In this document: positions 1 to 16,900 of the stretch, piece by piece
Layout: each line of letters opens with the position of its first letter
How positions within the stretch are numbered: position 1 is the first letter of the stretch
Assembly (NCBI GenBank): GCA_964035545.1
Contig: CAXIUT010000230.1
Location: forward strand, 1,612,001-1,676,000
Reading direction: 5' to 3'
DNA: 64,000 bases
Source of the DNA: Bugula neritina
Lineage: Eukaryota > Animalia > Bryozoa
Notes under the pieces: model-generated
What the model was told of the DNA's origin: nothing
Database searches by the model: none
The model's input: only the letters and a program-made list of their open reading frames with translations
Program-made: the position numbers and the translations under genes

Positions 1-3000
1 TATACTGTAATATACAGAAATGTACTGTAACATACTGTAACATACTGAAACATACGGCAAAATACTGAAATGTACTGCAACATACTGAAATATACTGCAA
101 CAAAGTGCAACATACTGAAATACACTGTAACATATTGAAATACACTGCGACACATTAAAATATACTGCAACACACTGAAACATACGGCAACCTGCCGAAT
201 TATACTGCGACACGTTGAAAAATACTGCAACATACTGAAATATACTGCAAGTGGTGCAACATACTGAAATACACTGTGACACACTGAAATACACTGCAAC
301 ATACTGCAACATACTGCAACATACTGAAATACACTGTAACATATTGAAATACACTGCAACATACTGCAACATACTGAAATACACTGGAACTTACTGAAAT
401 ATACTGCGACACTTTAAAATATACTGTAACATACTGAAATATACTTCAACATACTGCAACATACTAAAATACACTGTAACATACTGAAATACATTGCAAC
501 ACATTGAAATATACTGCAACATACTGAAACATACTGCAACATACTGAAATATACTGCAACATACTGAAACATACGGCAACCTGCCGAATTATACTGCGAC
601 ACGTTGAAAAATACTGCAACATACTGAAATATACTGCAAGTGGTGCAACATACTGAAATACACTGTGACACACTGAAATACACTGCAACATACTGCAACA
701 TACTGCAACATACTGAAATACACTGTAACATATTGAAATACACTGCAACACATTGAAATATACTGCAACATACTGAAACATACTGCAACATACTGAAATA
801 TACTGCAACATACTGAATTACACTATAACATATTGAAATATAATGCAACATACTGAATAACACTCTAACATACTGAACTAGGCTGTAGCATACTGAAATA
901 CACTGCCACACACTGAAGTATACTGTAATATACAGAAATGTAATGTAACATACTGAAACACACGGCAACATACTGAAATGTACTGTAACATACTGAAATA
1001 TACTGCAATGTAGTGCAACGTACTGAAATACACTGTAACATAATGAATTACATTGCAACACCTTTAAACATACTGCAACATAATGAAACATACTGCAACA
1101 TACTGAAATATACTGCAACATACTGAAACGTACGCAACATACTGAAATATGCTCTAGCATACTGAAATACACTGCAACACAGTGGAGTATACTGTAATAC
1201 ACTGAAATGTTATGCAACGTACTGAAAAATAATGCAACGCGTTGAATTACACTATAACATACTGAAATGTACCGCAACATACTGAAATGTAGTGTAATAT
1301 ACAGAAATGAACTGTAACATACTGAATTATACTGTAACAAATTGAAACATACTCTAACATACCGAAATAGACTGTAACATACTGAAATATACTGCAACAC
1401 ACTGAAATGTACTGCAACATACTGAAATATGCTGTAGCATATTGAAAGACACTACAACTCACTGAAGTATAGTGTAATATACGGGAATGTACTGCAACAT
1501 GCCGAAATAAACTGCAACATACTGAAATACACTGGAACATATTGATATGCACTGCAACACATTGAAATATACTGCAACACACTGAAACATAAGGCAACAT
1601 AGTGAAATATACTGCGACACATTGGAATATACTGCAACATACTGAAATATGCTGTAGCACACTGAAAAACACTACAACTCACTGAAGTATGGTGTAATAT
1701 ACGGAAAAGTACTGTGACATGCCGAAATATACCGCAACATACTGAAATACACTACAACATACTGCAACATACTGAAATACACTGGAACATATTGAAATAC
1801 ACTGCGACACATTGAATTATACTGCAACATACTGAAGTATACTGTAATACACTGAAATATAATGCAACATACTGAATTATACTGCAACTTAATGCAACAT
1901 ACTGAAATACACTACAACATACTGCAACATACTGAAATACACTGTGATACACTGAAATACACTGCAACATACTGCAATATACTGCAACATACTGAAGTAA
2001 ACTGAGAAACATTAAAATATACCGCAACCTACTGAAATATAATGCAACATACTGCAACATACTAAAATACACTGCAACATACTGCAACATACTGAAATAC
2101 ACTGGAACATATTGAAATACACTGCGAAACATTAAAATATACTGCAACACACTGAAACATAGGGCAACATACCGAAGTATACTGCGACACGTTGAAAAAT
2201 ACTGCAACATACTGAAATATACTGCAAATGGTGCAACATACTGAAATACAATGTGACACACTGGAATACACTGCAACATACTGCAACATACTGAAATACA
2301 CTGGAACTTACTGAAATATACTGCGACATATTAAAATATACAGTAACATACCGAAATATACTTCAACATACTGCAACATACTAAAATACACTGTAACATA
2401 CTGAAATACATTGCAACACATTGAAATATACTGCAACATACTGAAACATACTGCAACATACTGAAATATACTGCAACATACTGAATTACACTATAACATA
2501 TTGAAATATACTGCAACATACCGAATTACACTCTAACAAACTGAAATATGCTGTAGCATACTGAATTACACTGCAACACACTGAAGTATACTGTAATATA
2601 CTGAAATGTACTGCGACATACTGAATTATACTGCAGCATACTGCAACATTCGGAAATACACTGTAACATCATGAAATATGCTGTAGCAGACTGAAATACA
2701 CTGCAACACACTGAAGTATACTGTATTATACTGAAATGTACTGCAACATACTGGAATATACTGTAACACACTGAAATATACTCTAACATACCAAAATACA
2801 CTGCAACACATTGAAATATACTGCAACATACCAAAATGAATGGTAAACTAGTGAAATATACTGTAACATAATGAAACATACCGGAACATACTGCAACATA
2901 ATAAAATATACTGTAACACACTGAAATATGCTACAAGATGCTGAAACATACTGTAACACACTGAAACGTACGCTACATACTGAAATACGCTGCAACATAC

Positions 3001-4855
3001 TGAAATATACTGCAAGATACTGCAACATACTGAAATACACTGAAATACACTGTAACCTATTGAACTACATTGCAAAACATCGAAATACACTGCAACATAC
3101 TAAAATATGCTGTAGCATACTGAAAGACACTACAACTCACAGAAGGATAGTGTGATATACGGAAATGTATCGCAACATGCCCAAATATACTGCAACACAC
3201 TGAAATATAAGGCAACATACTGAAATATTTTGCGAAGCATTGAAATATACTGCAACATGCTAAAATATACTGCAAAATACTGCAACATCCTAAAATACAC
3301 TGTAACATACTGAAATACACTGCAACACCTTGAAAAATACTGCAACATACTTAAACATACAGCAACATACTAAAATACACTATAACATATTGAAATATAC
3401 TGCAACATACTGAAATACACTATAACATATTGAAATATGCTGTAGCATACTGAAATATGCTGCCACACACTGAAGTATACTGTAATATACAGAAATGCAC
3501 TGTAACATACTGTAACATACTGAAACATACGGCAAAATACTGAAATGTACTGCAACATACTGAAATATACTGCAACAAAGTGCAACATACTGAAATACAC
3601 TGTAACATATTGAAATACACTGCGACACATTAAAATATACTGCAACACACTGAAACATACGGCAACCTGCCGAATTATACTGCGACACGTTGAAAAATAC
3701 TGCAACATACTGAAATATACTGCAAGTGGTGCAACATACTGAAATACACTGTGACACACTGAAATACACTGCAACATACTGCAACATACTGCAACATACT
3801 GAAATACACTGTAACATATTGAAATACACTGCAACATACTGCAACATACTGAAATACACTGGAACTTACTGAAATATACTGCGACACTTTAAAATATACT
3901 GTAACATACTGAAATATACTTCAACATACTGCAACATACTAAAATACACTGTAACATACTGAAATACATTGCAACACATTGAAATATACTGCAACATACT
4001 GAAACATACTGCAACATACTGAAATATACTGCAACATACTGAATTACACTATAACATATTGAAATATAATGCAACATACTGATAAACACTCTAACATACT
4101 GAACTAGGCTGTAGCATACTGAAATACACTGCCACACACTGAAGTATACTGTAATATACAGAAATGTAATGTAACATACTGAAACACACGGCAACATACT
4201 GAAATGTACTGTAACATACTGAAATATACTGCAATGTAGTGCAACGTACTGAAATACACTGTAACATAATGAATTACATTGCAACACCTTTAAACATACT
4301 GCAACATAATGAAACATACTGCAACATACTGAAATATACTGCAACATACTGAAACGTGCGCAACATACTGAAATATGCTCTAGCATACTGAAATACACTG
4401 CAACACAGTGGAGTATACTGTAATACACTGAAATGTTATGCAACGTACTGAAAAATAATGCAACGCGTTGAATTACACTATAACATACTGAAATGTACCG
4501 CAACATACTGAAATGTAGTGTAATATACAGAAATGAACTGTAACATACTGAATTATACTGTAACACATTGAAACATACTCTAACATACCGAAATAGACTG
4601 TAACATACTGAAATATACTGCAACACACTGAAATGTACTGCAACATACTGAAATATGCTGTAGCATATTGAAAGACACTACAACTCACTGAAGTATAGTG
4701 TAATATACGGGAATGTACTGCAACATGCCGAAATAAACTGCAACATACTGAAATACACTGGAACATATTGATATGCACTGCAACACATTGAAATATACTG
4801 CAACACACTGAAACATAAGGCAACATAGTGAAATATACTGCGACACATTGAAATA
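1..4855 (+). repeat. Segmental duplication within the satellite: ~1-1630 repeated at ~3476-4855
   Basis: Offset 3475 (ORFs 200..412 and 3675..3887 are identical), then 3226 after a 249-bp length difference (328-aa versus 245-aa ORFs). Shared rare variants such as AACCTGCCGAATT and GAACTAGGCTGTAG. Confidence 0.85.
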
Positions 4856-4900
4856 TACTGCAACATACTAAAATATACTGCAACATACTGCAGCATCCTA

Positions 4901-7900
4901 AAATACACTATAACATATTGAAATATACTGCAACATACTGAATTACACTCTAACAAACCGAAATATGCTGTAGCATACTGAATTACACTGCAACACACTG
5001 AAGTATACTGTAATATACTGAAATGTACTGCGACATACTGAATTATGATGCAACATACTGCAACATACTGAAATACACTGTAACATAATGAAATATGCTG
5101 TAGCACACTGAAATACACTGCAACACACTGAAGTATACTGTAATATACTGAAATGTACTGCAACATACTGGAATATACTGTAACACACTGAAATATACTC
5201 TAACATACCGAAATACACTGTAACATACTGAAATAAACTGCAACATACTGCAACATACTGAAATACACTTGAACATAATGAAATACACTGAAACACATTG
5301 AATTATACTGCAACCTACCGAAATGAATGGTAAACTAGTGAAATATACTGTAACATAATGAAACATACCGGAACATACTGTAACATAATAAAATATACTG
5401 TAACACACTGAAATATGCTACAAGATGCTGAAATATACTGTAACATACTGAAACGTACGCAACATACTGAAATACGTTGCAACATACTGAAATATACTGC
5501 AAGATACTGTAACATACTGAAATACACTGAAATACACTGTAACATATTAAAATACATTGCAAAACATCGAAATATACTACAACATACTGAAATATGCTGT
5601 AGCATACTGAAAGACACTACAACTCTCTGAAGGATAGTGTGATATACGGAAATGTACTGCAACATGCCCAAATATACTGCAACACACTGAAACATGAGGC
5701 AACATACTGAAATAGACTGCGATGCATTGAAGTATACTGCAACATACTAAAATATACTGCAACATATTGCGACATCCTAAAATACACTGTAACATACTGA
5801 AACACACTGCAACACCTTGAAAAATACTGCAACATACTTAAACATACGGCAACATACTAAAATACACTATAACATATTGAAATATACTGCAACATACTGA
5901 AATACACTATAACATATTGAAATATACTGCAACATACTGATTTACACTCTAACAAACTGAAATATGCTGTAGCATACTGAATTACACTGCAACACACTAA
6001 AGTGTACTGTAACATACTGAAATGTGCTGCGACATATTGACTTATACTGCAACATACTGCAACATACTGAAATACACTGTAACATAATGAAATATGCTGT
6101 AGCACGCTGAAATACACTGCAACACGCTGAAGTATACTGTAATATACTGAAATGTACTGCAACATACCGAAATACACTGTAACATACTGAAATAAACTGC
6201 AACATACTGCAACATACTGAATTACACTTGAACATAATGAAATACACTGAAACACATTGAAATATACTCCAACATACCGAAGTATAATGTAATACACTGA
6301 AATATAATGCAACATACTGAAATGTACTGCAACATACTGAAATATGCTGTAGCATATTGAAAGACACTACAACTCACTGAAGTATAGTGTAATATACGAG
6401 AATGTACTGCAACATACCGAAATAAACTGCAACATACTGAAATACACTGGAACATATTGATATGCACTGCAACACATTGAAATATACTGCAACACACTGA
6501 AACATAAGGCAACATAGTGAAATATACTGCGACACATTGAAATATACTGCAACATACTAAAACATACTGCAACATACTGCAGCATCCTAAAATACACTGT
6601 AACATACTGAAATACACTGCAACACCTTGAAAAATACTGCAACATACTTAAACATACTGCAACATACAACCTACTGAAATATACTGCAACATACTAAAAT
6701 ACACTATAACGTATTGAAATATACTGCAACATACTGAAATACACTATAACATATTGAAATATGCTGTAGCATACTGAAATACACTGCCACACACTGAAGT
6801 ATACTGTAATATAGAGAAATGTACTGTAACATACTGAAACACACGGCAACATATTGAAATGTACTGCAACATACTGAAATATACTGCAACATACTGAAAC
6901 GTACGCAACATACTGAAATACGCTGCAACATACTGTAATATACTGCAAAATACTGCAAAACACTGAGTACACTGTGTCATACTGAAATACACTGCAACAT
7001 ACTGCAAGATATTGCTACATACTGAATTACACTGTAACATATTGAAATACACTGCATCATACTGCAACATACTGAAATACACTGAAACACATTGAAATAT
7101 ACTGCAACACACTGAAACGTAAGGCAACATACTGAAATATACTGCGACACATTGAAATATACTGCAACATACTAGAATATACTCCAACATACTGCAACTT
7201 CCTAAAATACACTGTAACATACTGAAATACACTGCATTACATTGATAATTACTGCAACATACTGAAACATACGGCAACATACTGAAATATACTCCAACAT
7301 ACTGAAATACACTATAACATATTGAAATATACTGCAACATGCTGAAATACACTATAACATATTGAAATATGCTGTAGCATACTGAATTACACTGCAACAA
7401 ACTGGTGTATACTGTTATATACAGAAATGTACTGTAACATACTGAAACATACGGCAACATACTGAAATGTACTGAAACATACTGAAATATAATGCAACAA
7501 ACTGCAACTTACTGATATACACTGTATCATAATGAAATACACTGCAACACATGGGAATATACTGCAACACACCTAATTATACGGTAATATACTGAAATAT
7601 ACTGTCACACAATGAAACATACCGGAACATACTGCAACTTAATGAAATATACTGTAGCACACTGAATTATACTGCACGATACTGAAATATACTGTAACAT
7701 ACTGAAATGTACGCAACATACTGGAGTACACTGCATCATAGTGATTTAGACTGCAACATACTGAATTTCACTGTAACATACTGAAATACACTGCAGCATA
7801 CTGCAACATCCTAATATACAATGTAAGAATTGAAATACACTGCAAAACATCGAAATATACTGCAACACACTGAAATATACTGAAACATACAGAAATATAC

Positions 7901-10900
7901 TGCAACATACAGAAATATACTGCAACAGACTGCAACATACTGAGAAACAGTGTAACATACTGAAATAGACTGCAACACATTGGAAGATACTGCAACATAC
8001 TGAAATATGCTGTAGCATACTGAAAAACACTACAACTCACTGAAGAATAGTGCGATATACGGAAATGTACCACAACATGCCTAAATATACTGCAACATAC
8101 TGATAAACACTACAACATACTGCAACATAGTGAAATACACTGGAACATATTGAAATACACTGCGACACATTGAATTATACTGCAACACACTGAAGTATAC
8201 TGTAATACACTGAAATATAATGCAACATACTGAATTATACTGCAACATAGTGCAACATACTGAAATACACTACAACATACTGAAATATACTGCAAGATAC
8301 TGCAACATACTAAAATACACTGCAACATACTGCAATACACTGAAATACACTGGAACATATTGAAATACACTGCGACACATTAAAATATACTGCAACACAC
8401 TGAAACATAGGGCAACATACCGAAGTATACTGCGACACGTTGAAAAATACTGCAACATACTGAAATATACTGCAAGTGGTGCAACTTACTGAAATACACT
8501 GTGACACACTGAATTACACTGCAACATACTGCAACATACTGCAACATACTGCAACATACTGAAATACACTGTAACATATTGAAATACACTGCAACATACT
8601 GCAACATACTGAAATACACTGTGATACACTGAAATACACTGCAACATACTGCAATATACTGCAACATACTGAAATAAACTGAGACACATTAAAATATACC
8701 GCAACATACTGAAATATACTGCAACATACTGCAACATACTAAAATACACTGCAACATACTGCAACATACTGAAATACACTGGAACATATTGAAATACACT
8801 GCGAAACATTAAAATATACTGCAACACACTGAAACATAGGGCAACATACCGAAGTATACTGCGAAACCTTGAAAAATACTGCAACATACTGAAATATACT
8901 GCAAGTGGTGCAACATACTCTAATTCACTGTCACACACTGAAATACACTGCAACATACTGCAACATACTGAAATACACTGGAACTTACTGAAATATACTG
9001 CGACACATTAAAATATACAGTAACATACTGAAATATACTTCAACATACTGCAACATACTGAAATACACTGCAACACCTTGAAAAATACTGCAACATACTT
9101 AAACATACGGCAACATACTAAAATACACTAAAACATATTGAAATATACTGCAACATACTGAAATACACTATAACATATTGAAATATACTGCAACATACTG
9201 AATTACACTCTAACAAACTGAAATATGCTGTAGCATACTGAATTACACTGCAACACACTGAAGTATACTGTAATATACTGAAATGTACTGCGACATACTG
9301 AATTATACTGCAACATACTGCAACATACTGAAATACACTGTAACATAATGAAATATGCTGTAGCACACTGAAATACACTGCAACACACTGAAGTGTACTG
9401 TAATATGCTGAAATGTACTGCAACATACTGCAATATACTGTAACACACTGAAATATACTCTAACATACCGAAATACACTGTAACATACTGAAATAAACTG
9501 CAACATACTGCAACATACTGAATTACACTTGAACATAATGAAATACACTGAAACACATTGAAATACACTGCAACATACCGAAATGAATGGTAAACTAGTG
9601 AAATATACTGTAACATAATGAAACATACCGGAACATACTGCAACATAATAAAATATACTGTAACACACTGAAATATGCTAAAAGATACTGAAATTTACTG
9701 TAAAATACTGAAACGTACGCAACATACTGAAATACGCTGCAACATACTGAAATATACTGCAAGATACTGCAACATACTGAAATACACTGAAATACACTGT
9801 AACATATTGAAATACATTGCAAAACATCGAAATATACTGCGACATACTGAAATATGCTGTAGCATACTGAGGGACACTACAACTCACTGAAGGATAGTGT
9901 GATATACGGAAATGTACTGCAACATGCCTAAATATACTGCAACACACTGAAACATAAGGCAACATACTGAAATAAATTGCGATGCATTGAAATATACTGC
10001 AACATACTAAAATATACTGCAACATACTGCGACATCCTAAAATACACTGTAACATACTGAAACACACTGCAACACCTTGAAAAATACTGCAACATACTTA
10101 AACATACGGCAACATACTAAAATACACTATAACATATTGAAATATACTGCAACATACTGAAATACACTATAACATATTGAAATATACTGCAACATACTGA
10201 TTTACACTCTAACAAACTGAAATATGCTGTAGCATACTAAATTACACTGCAACACACTAAAGTGTACTGTAACATACTGAAATGTGCTGCGACATACTGA
10301 CTTATACTGCAACATACTGCAACATACTGAAATACACTGTAACATAATGAAATATGCTGTAGCACACTGAAATACACTGCAACACACTGAAGTATACTGT
10401 AATATACTGAAATGTACTGCAACATACCGAAATACACTGTAACATACTGAAATAAACTGCAACATACTGCAACATACTGAATTACACTTGAACATAATGA
10501 AATACACTGAAACACATTGAAATATACTCCAACATACCGAAGTATAATGTAATACACTGAAATATAATGCAACATACTGAAATATACTGCAACACACTGA
10601 AACATAAGGCAACATAGTGAAATATACTGCGACACATTGAAATATACTGCAACATACTAAAATATACTGCAACATACTGCAGCATCCTAAAATACACTGT
10701 AACATACTGAAATACACTGCAACACCTTGAAAAATACGGCAACATACTTAAACATACTGCAACATACAACCTACTGAAATATACTGCAACATACTAAAAT
10801 ACACTATAACGTATTGAAATATACTGCAACATACTGAAATACACTATAACATGTTGAAATATGCTGTAGCATACTGAAATACACTGCCACACACTGAAGT

Positions 10901-13900
10901 ATACTGTAATATAGAGAAATGTACTGTAACATACTGAAACACACGGCAACATATTGAAATGTACTGCAACATACTGAAATATACTGCAACATACTGAAAC
11001 GTACGCAACATACTGAAATACGCTGCAACATACTGTAATATACTGCAAGATACTGCAAAACACTGAGTACACTGTGTCATACTGAAATACACTGCAACAT
11101 ACTGCAAGATATTGCTACATACTGAATTACACTGTAACATATTGAAATACACTGCATCATACTGCAACATACTGAAATACACTGAAACATATTGATATAC
11201 ACTGCAACACATTGAAATATACTGCAACACACTGAAACGTAAGGCAACATACTGAAATATACTGCGACACATTGAAATATACTGCAACATACTAGAATAT
11301 ACTCCAACATACTGCAACTTCCTAAAATACACTGTAACATACTGAAATACACTGCATTACGTTGATAATTACTGCAACATACTGAAACATACGGCAACAT
11401 ACTGAAATATACTGCAACATACTGAAATAAACTATAACATATTGAAATATACTGCAACATACTGAAATACACTATAACATATTGAAATATGCTGTAGCAT
11501 ACTGAATTACACTGCAACAAACTGGTGTATACTGTTATATACAGAAATGTACTGTAACATACTGAAACATACGGCAACATACTGAAATGTACTGAAACAT
11601 ACTGAAATATAATGCAACAAACTGCAACGTACTGATATACACTGTATCATAATGAAATACACTGCAACACATGGGAATATACTGCAACACACCTAAATAT
11701 ACGGTAATATACTGAAATATACTGTCACACAATGAAACATACCGGAATATACTGCAACATAATGAAATATACTGTAGCACACTGAATTATACTGCACGAT
11801 ACTGAAATATACTGTAACATACTGAAATGTACGCAACATACTGGAGTACACTGCATCATAGTGATTTATACTGCAACATACTGAAATTCACTGTAACATA
11901 CTGAAATACACTGCAGCATACTGCAACATCCTAATATACAATGTAAGAATTGAAATACACTGCAAAACATCGAAATATACTGCAACACACTGAAATATAC
12001 TGAAACATACAGAAATATACTGCAACATACAGAAATATACTGCAACAGACTGCAACATACTGAGAAACAGTGTAACATACTGAAATAGACTGCAACACAT
12101 TGGAATATACTGTAACATAATGAAATATGCTGTAGCACACTGAAATACACTACAACTCACTGAAGTATAGTGCGATATACGGAAATGTACCACAACATGC
12201 CTAAATATACTGCAACATACTGAAAAACACTACAACATACTGCAACATAGTGAAATACACTGGAACATATTGAAATACACTGCGACACATTGAATTATAC
12301 TGCAACACACTGAAGTATACTGTAATACACTGAAATATAATGCAACATACTGAATTATACTGCAAAATAGTGCAACATACTGAAATACACTACAACATAC
12401 TGAAATATACTGCAAGATACTGCAACATACTAAAATACACTGCAACATACTGCAATATACTGAAATACACTGGAACATATTGAAATACACTGCGACACAT
12501 TAAAATATACTGCAACACACTGAAACATAGGGCAACATACCGAAGTATACTGCGACACGTTGAAAAATACTGCAACATACTGAAATATACTGCAAGTGGT
12601 GCAACATACTGAAATACACTGTGACACCCTGAATTACACTGCAACATACTGCAACATACTGCAACATACTGAAATACACTGTAACATATTGAAATACACA
12701 GCGACACATTGAATTATACTGCAACACACTGAAGTATACTGTAATACACTGAAATATAATGCAAAATACTGAATCATACTGCAACATAATGCAACATACT
12801 GAAATACACTACAACATACTGCAACATACTGAAATACACTGTGATACACTGAAATACACTGCAACATACTGCAATATACTGCAACATACTGAAATAAACG
12901 GAGACACATTAAAATATACCGCAACATACTGAAATATACTGCAACATACTGCAACATACTAAAATACACTGCAACATACTGCAACATACTGAAATACACT
13001 GGAACATATTGAAACACACTGCGAAACATTAAAATATAATGCAACACACTGAAACATAGGGCAACATACCGAAGTATACTGCGAAACCTTGAAAAATACT
13101 GCAACATACTGAAATATACTGCAAGTGGTGCAACATACTCTAATTCACTGTCACACACTGAAATACACTGCAACATACTGGAACATACTGAAATACACTG
13201 GAACTTACTGAAATATACTGCGACACATTAAAATATACAGTAACATACTGAAATATACTTCAACATACTGCAACATACTGAAATACACTGCAACACCTTG
13301 AAAAATACTGCAACATACTTAAACATACGGCAACATACTAAAATACACTATAACATATTGAAATATACTGCAACATACTCAAATACACTATAACATATTG
13401 AAATATACTGCAACATACTGAATTACACTCTAACAAACCGAAATATGCTGAAGTATACTGAATTACACTGCAACACACTGAAGTATACTGTAATATACTG
13501 AAATGTACTGCGACATACTGAATTATGATGCAACATACTGCAACATACTGAAATACACTGTAACATAATGAAATATGCTGTAGCACACTGAAATACACTG
13601 CAACACACTGAAGTATACTGTAATATACTGAAATGTACTGCAACATACTGGAATATACTGTAACACACTGAAATATACTCTAACATACCGAATTACACTG
13701 TAACATACTGAAATAAACTGCAACATACTGCAACATACTGAAATACACTTGAACATAATGAAATACACTGAAACACATTGAATTATACTGCAACCTACCG
13801 AAATGAATGGTAAACTAGTGAAATATACTGTAACATAATGAAACATACCGGAACATACTGTAACATAATAAAATATACTGTAACACACTGAAATATGCTA

Positions 13901-16900
13901 CAAGATACTGAAATATACTGTAACATACTGAAACGTACGCAACATACTGAAATACGCTGCAACATAATGAAATATACTGCAAGATACTGTAACATACTGA
14001 AATACACTGAAATACACTGTAACATATTAAAATACATTGCAAAACATCGAAATATACTACAACATACTGAAATATGCTGTAGCATACTGAAAGACACTAC
14101 AACTCAATGAAGGATAGTGTGATATACGGAAATGTACTGCAACATGCCCAAATATACTGCAACACACTGAAACATGAGGCAACATACTGAAATATACTGC
14201 GATGCATTGAAGTATACTGCAACATACTAAAATATACTGCAACATACTGCGACATCCTAAAATACACTGTAACATACTGAAACACACTGCAACACCTTGA
14301 AAAATACTGCAACATACTTAAACATACGGCAACATACTAAAATACACTATAACATATTGAAATATACTGCAACATACTGAAATACACTATGACATATTGA
14401 AATATACTGCAACATACTGATTTACACTCTAACAAACTGAAATATGCTGTAGCCTACTGAATTACACTGCAACACACTAAAGTGTACTGTAACATACTGA
14501 AATGTGCTGCGACATACTGACTTATACTGCAACATACTGCAACATACTGAAATACACTGTAACATAATGAAATATGCTGTAGCACACTGAAATACACTGC
14601 AACACACTGAAGTATACTGTAATATACTGAAATGTACTGCAACATACCGAAATACACTGTAACATACTGAAATAAACTGCAACATACTGCAACATACTGA
14701 ATTACACTTGAACATAATGAAATACACTGAAACACATTGAAATATACTCCAACATACCGAAGTATAATGTAATACACTGAAATATAATGCAACATACTGA
14801 AATGTACTGCAACATACTGAAATATGCTGTAGCATATTGAAAGACACTACAACTCACTGAAGTATAGTGTAATATACGACAATGTACTGCAACATGCCGA
14901 AATAAACTGCAACATACTGAAATACACTGGAACATATTGATATGCACTGCAACACATTGAAATATACTGCAACACACTGAAACATAAGGCAACATAGTGA
15001 AATATACTGCGACACATTGAAATATACTGCAACATACTAAAATATACTGCAACATACTGCAGCATCCTAAAATACACTGTAACATACTGAAATACACTGC
15101 AACACCTTGAAAAATACTGCAACATACTTAAACATACTGCAACATACAACCTACTGAAATATACTGCAACATACTAAAATACACTATAACGTATTGAAAT
15201 ATACTGCAACATACTGAAATACACTATAACATATTGAAATATGCTGTAGCATACTGAAATACACTGCCACACACTGAAGTATACTGTAATATAGAGAAAT
15301 GTACTGTAACATACTGAAACACACGGCAACATATTGAAATGTACTGCAACATACTGAAATATACTGCAACATACTGAAACGTACGCAACATACTGAAATA
15401 CGCTGCAACATACTGTAATATACTGCAAGATACTGCAAAACACTGAGTACACTGTGTCATACTGAAATACACTGCAACATACTGCAAGATATTGCTACAT
15501 ACTGAATTACACTGTAACATATTGAAATACACTGCATCATACTGCAACATACTGAAATACACTGAAACACAATGAAATATACTGCAACACACTGAAACGT
15601 AAGGCAACATACTGCAATATACTGCGACACATTGAAATGTACTGCAACATGCTAGAATATACTCCAACATACTGCAACTTCCTAAAATACACTGTAACAT
15701 ACTGAAATACACTGCATTACATTGATAATTACTGCAACATACTGAAACATACGGCAACATACTGAAATATACTGCAACATACTGAAATACACTATAACAT
15801 ATTGAAATATACTGCAACATACTGAAATACACTATAACATATTGAAATATACTGTAGCATACTGAATTACACTGCAACAAACTGGTGTATACTGTTATAT
15901 ACAGAAATGTACTGTAACATACTGAAACATACGGCAACATACTGAAATGTACTGAAACATACTGAAATATAATGCAACAAACTGCATTGTACCGATATAC
16001 ACTGTATCATAATGAAATACACTGCAACACATGGGAATATACTGCAACACACCTAAATATACGGTAATATACTGAAATATACTGTCACACAATGAAACAT
16101 ACCGGAATATACTGCAACATAATGAAATATACTGTAGCACACTGAATTATACTGCACGATACTGAAATATACTGTAACATACTGAAATGTACGCAACATA
16201 CTGGAGTACACTGCATCATGATGATTTATACTGCAACATACTGAAATTCACTGTAACATACTGAAATACACTGCAGCATACTGCAACATCCTAATATACA
16301 ATGTGAGAATTGAAATACACTGCAAAACATCGAAATATACTGCAACACACTGAAATATACTGAAACATACAGAAATATACTGCAACATACAGAAATATAC
16401 TGCAACAGACTGCAACATACTGAGAAACAGTGTAACATACTGAAATAGACTGCAACACATTGGAATATACTGCAACATACTGAAATATGCTGTAGCATAC
16501 TGAAAAACACTACAACTCACTGAAGTATAGTGCGATATACGGAAATGTACCACAACATGCCTAAATATACTGCAACATACTGAAAAACACTACAACATAC
16601 TGCAACATAGTGAAATACACTGGAACATATTGAAATACACTGCGACACATTGAATTATACTGCAACACACTGAAGTATACTGTAATACACTGAAATATAA
16701 TGCAACATACTGAATTATACTGCAACATAGTGCAACATACTGAAATACACTACAACATACTGAAATATACTGCAAGATACTGCAACATACTAAAATACAC
16801 TGCAACATACTGCAATATACTGAAATACACTGGAACATATTGAAATACACTGCGACACATTAAAATATACTGCAACACACTGAAACATAGGGCAACATAC

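Noticed and set aside
5324-5330. TGAATGG resemblance to human satellite II/III
   Set aside because: A single 7-mer, not tandemly repeated as (GGAAT)n; chance similarity.
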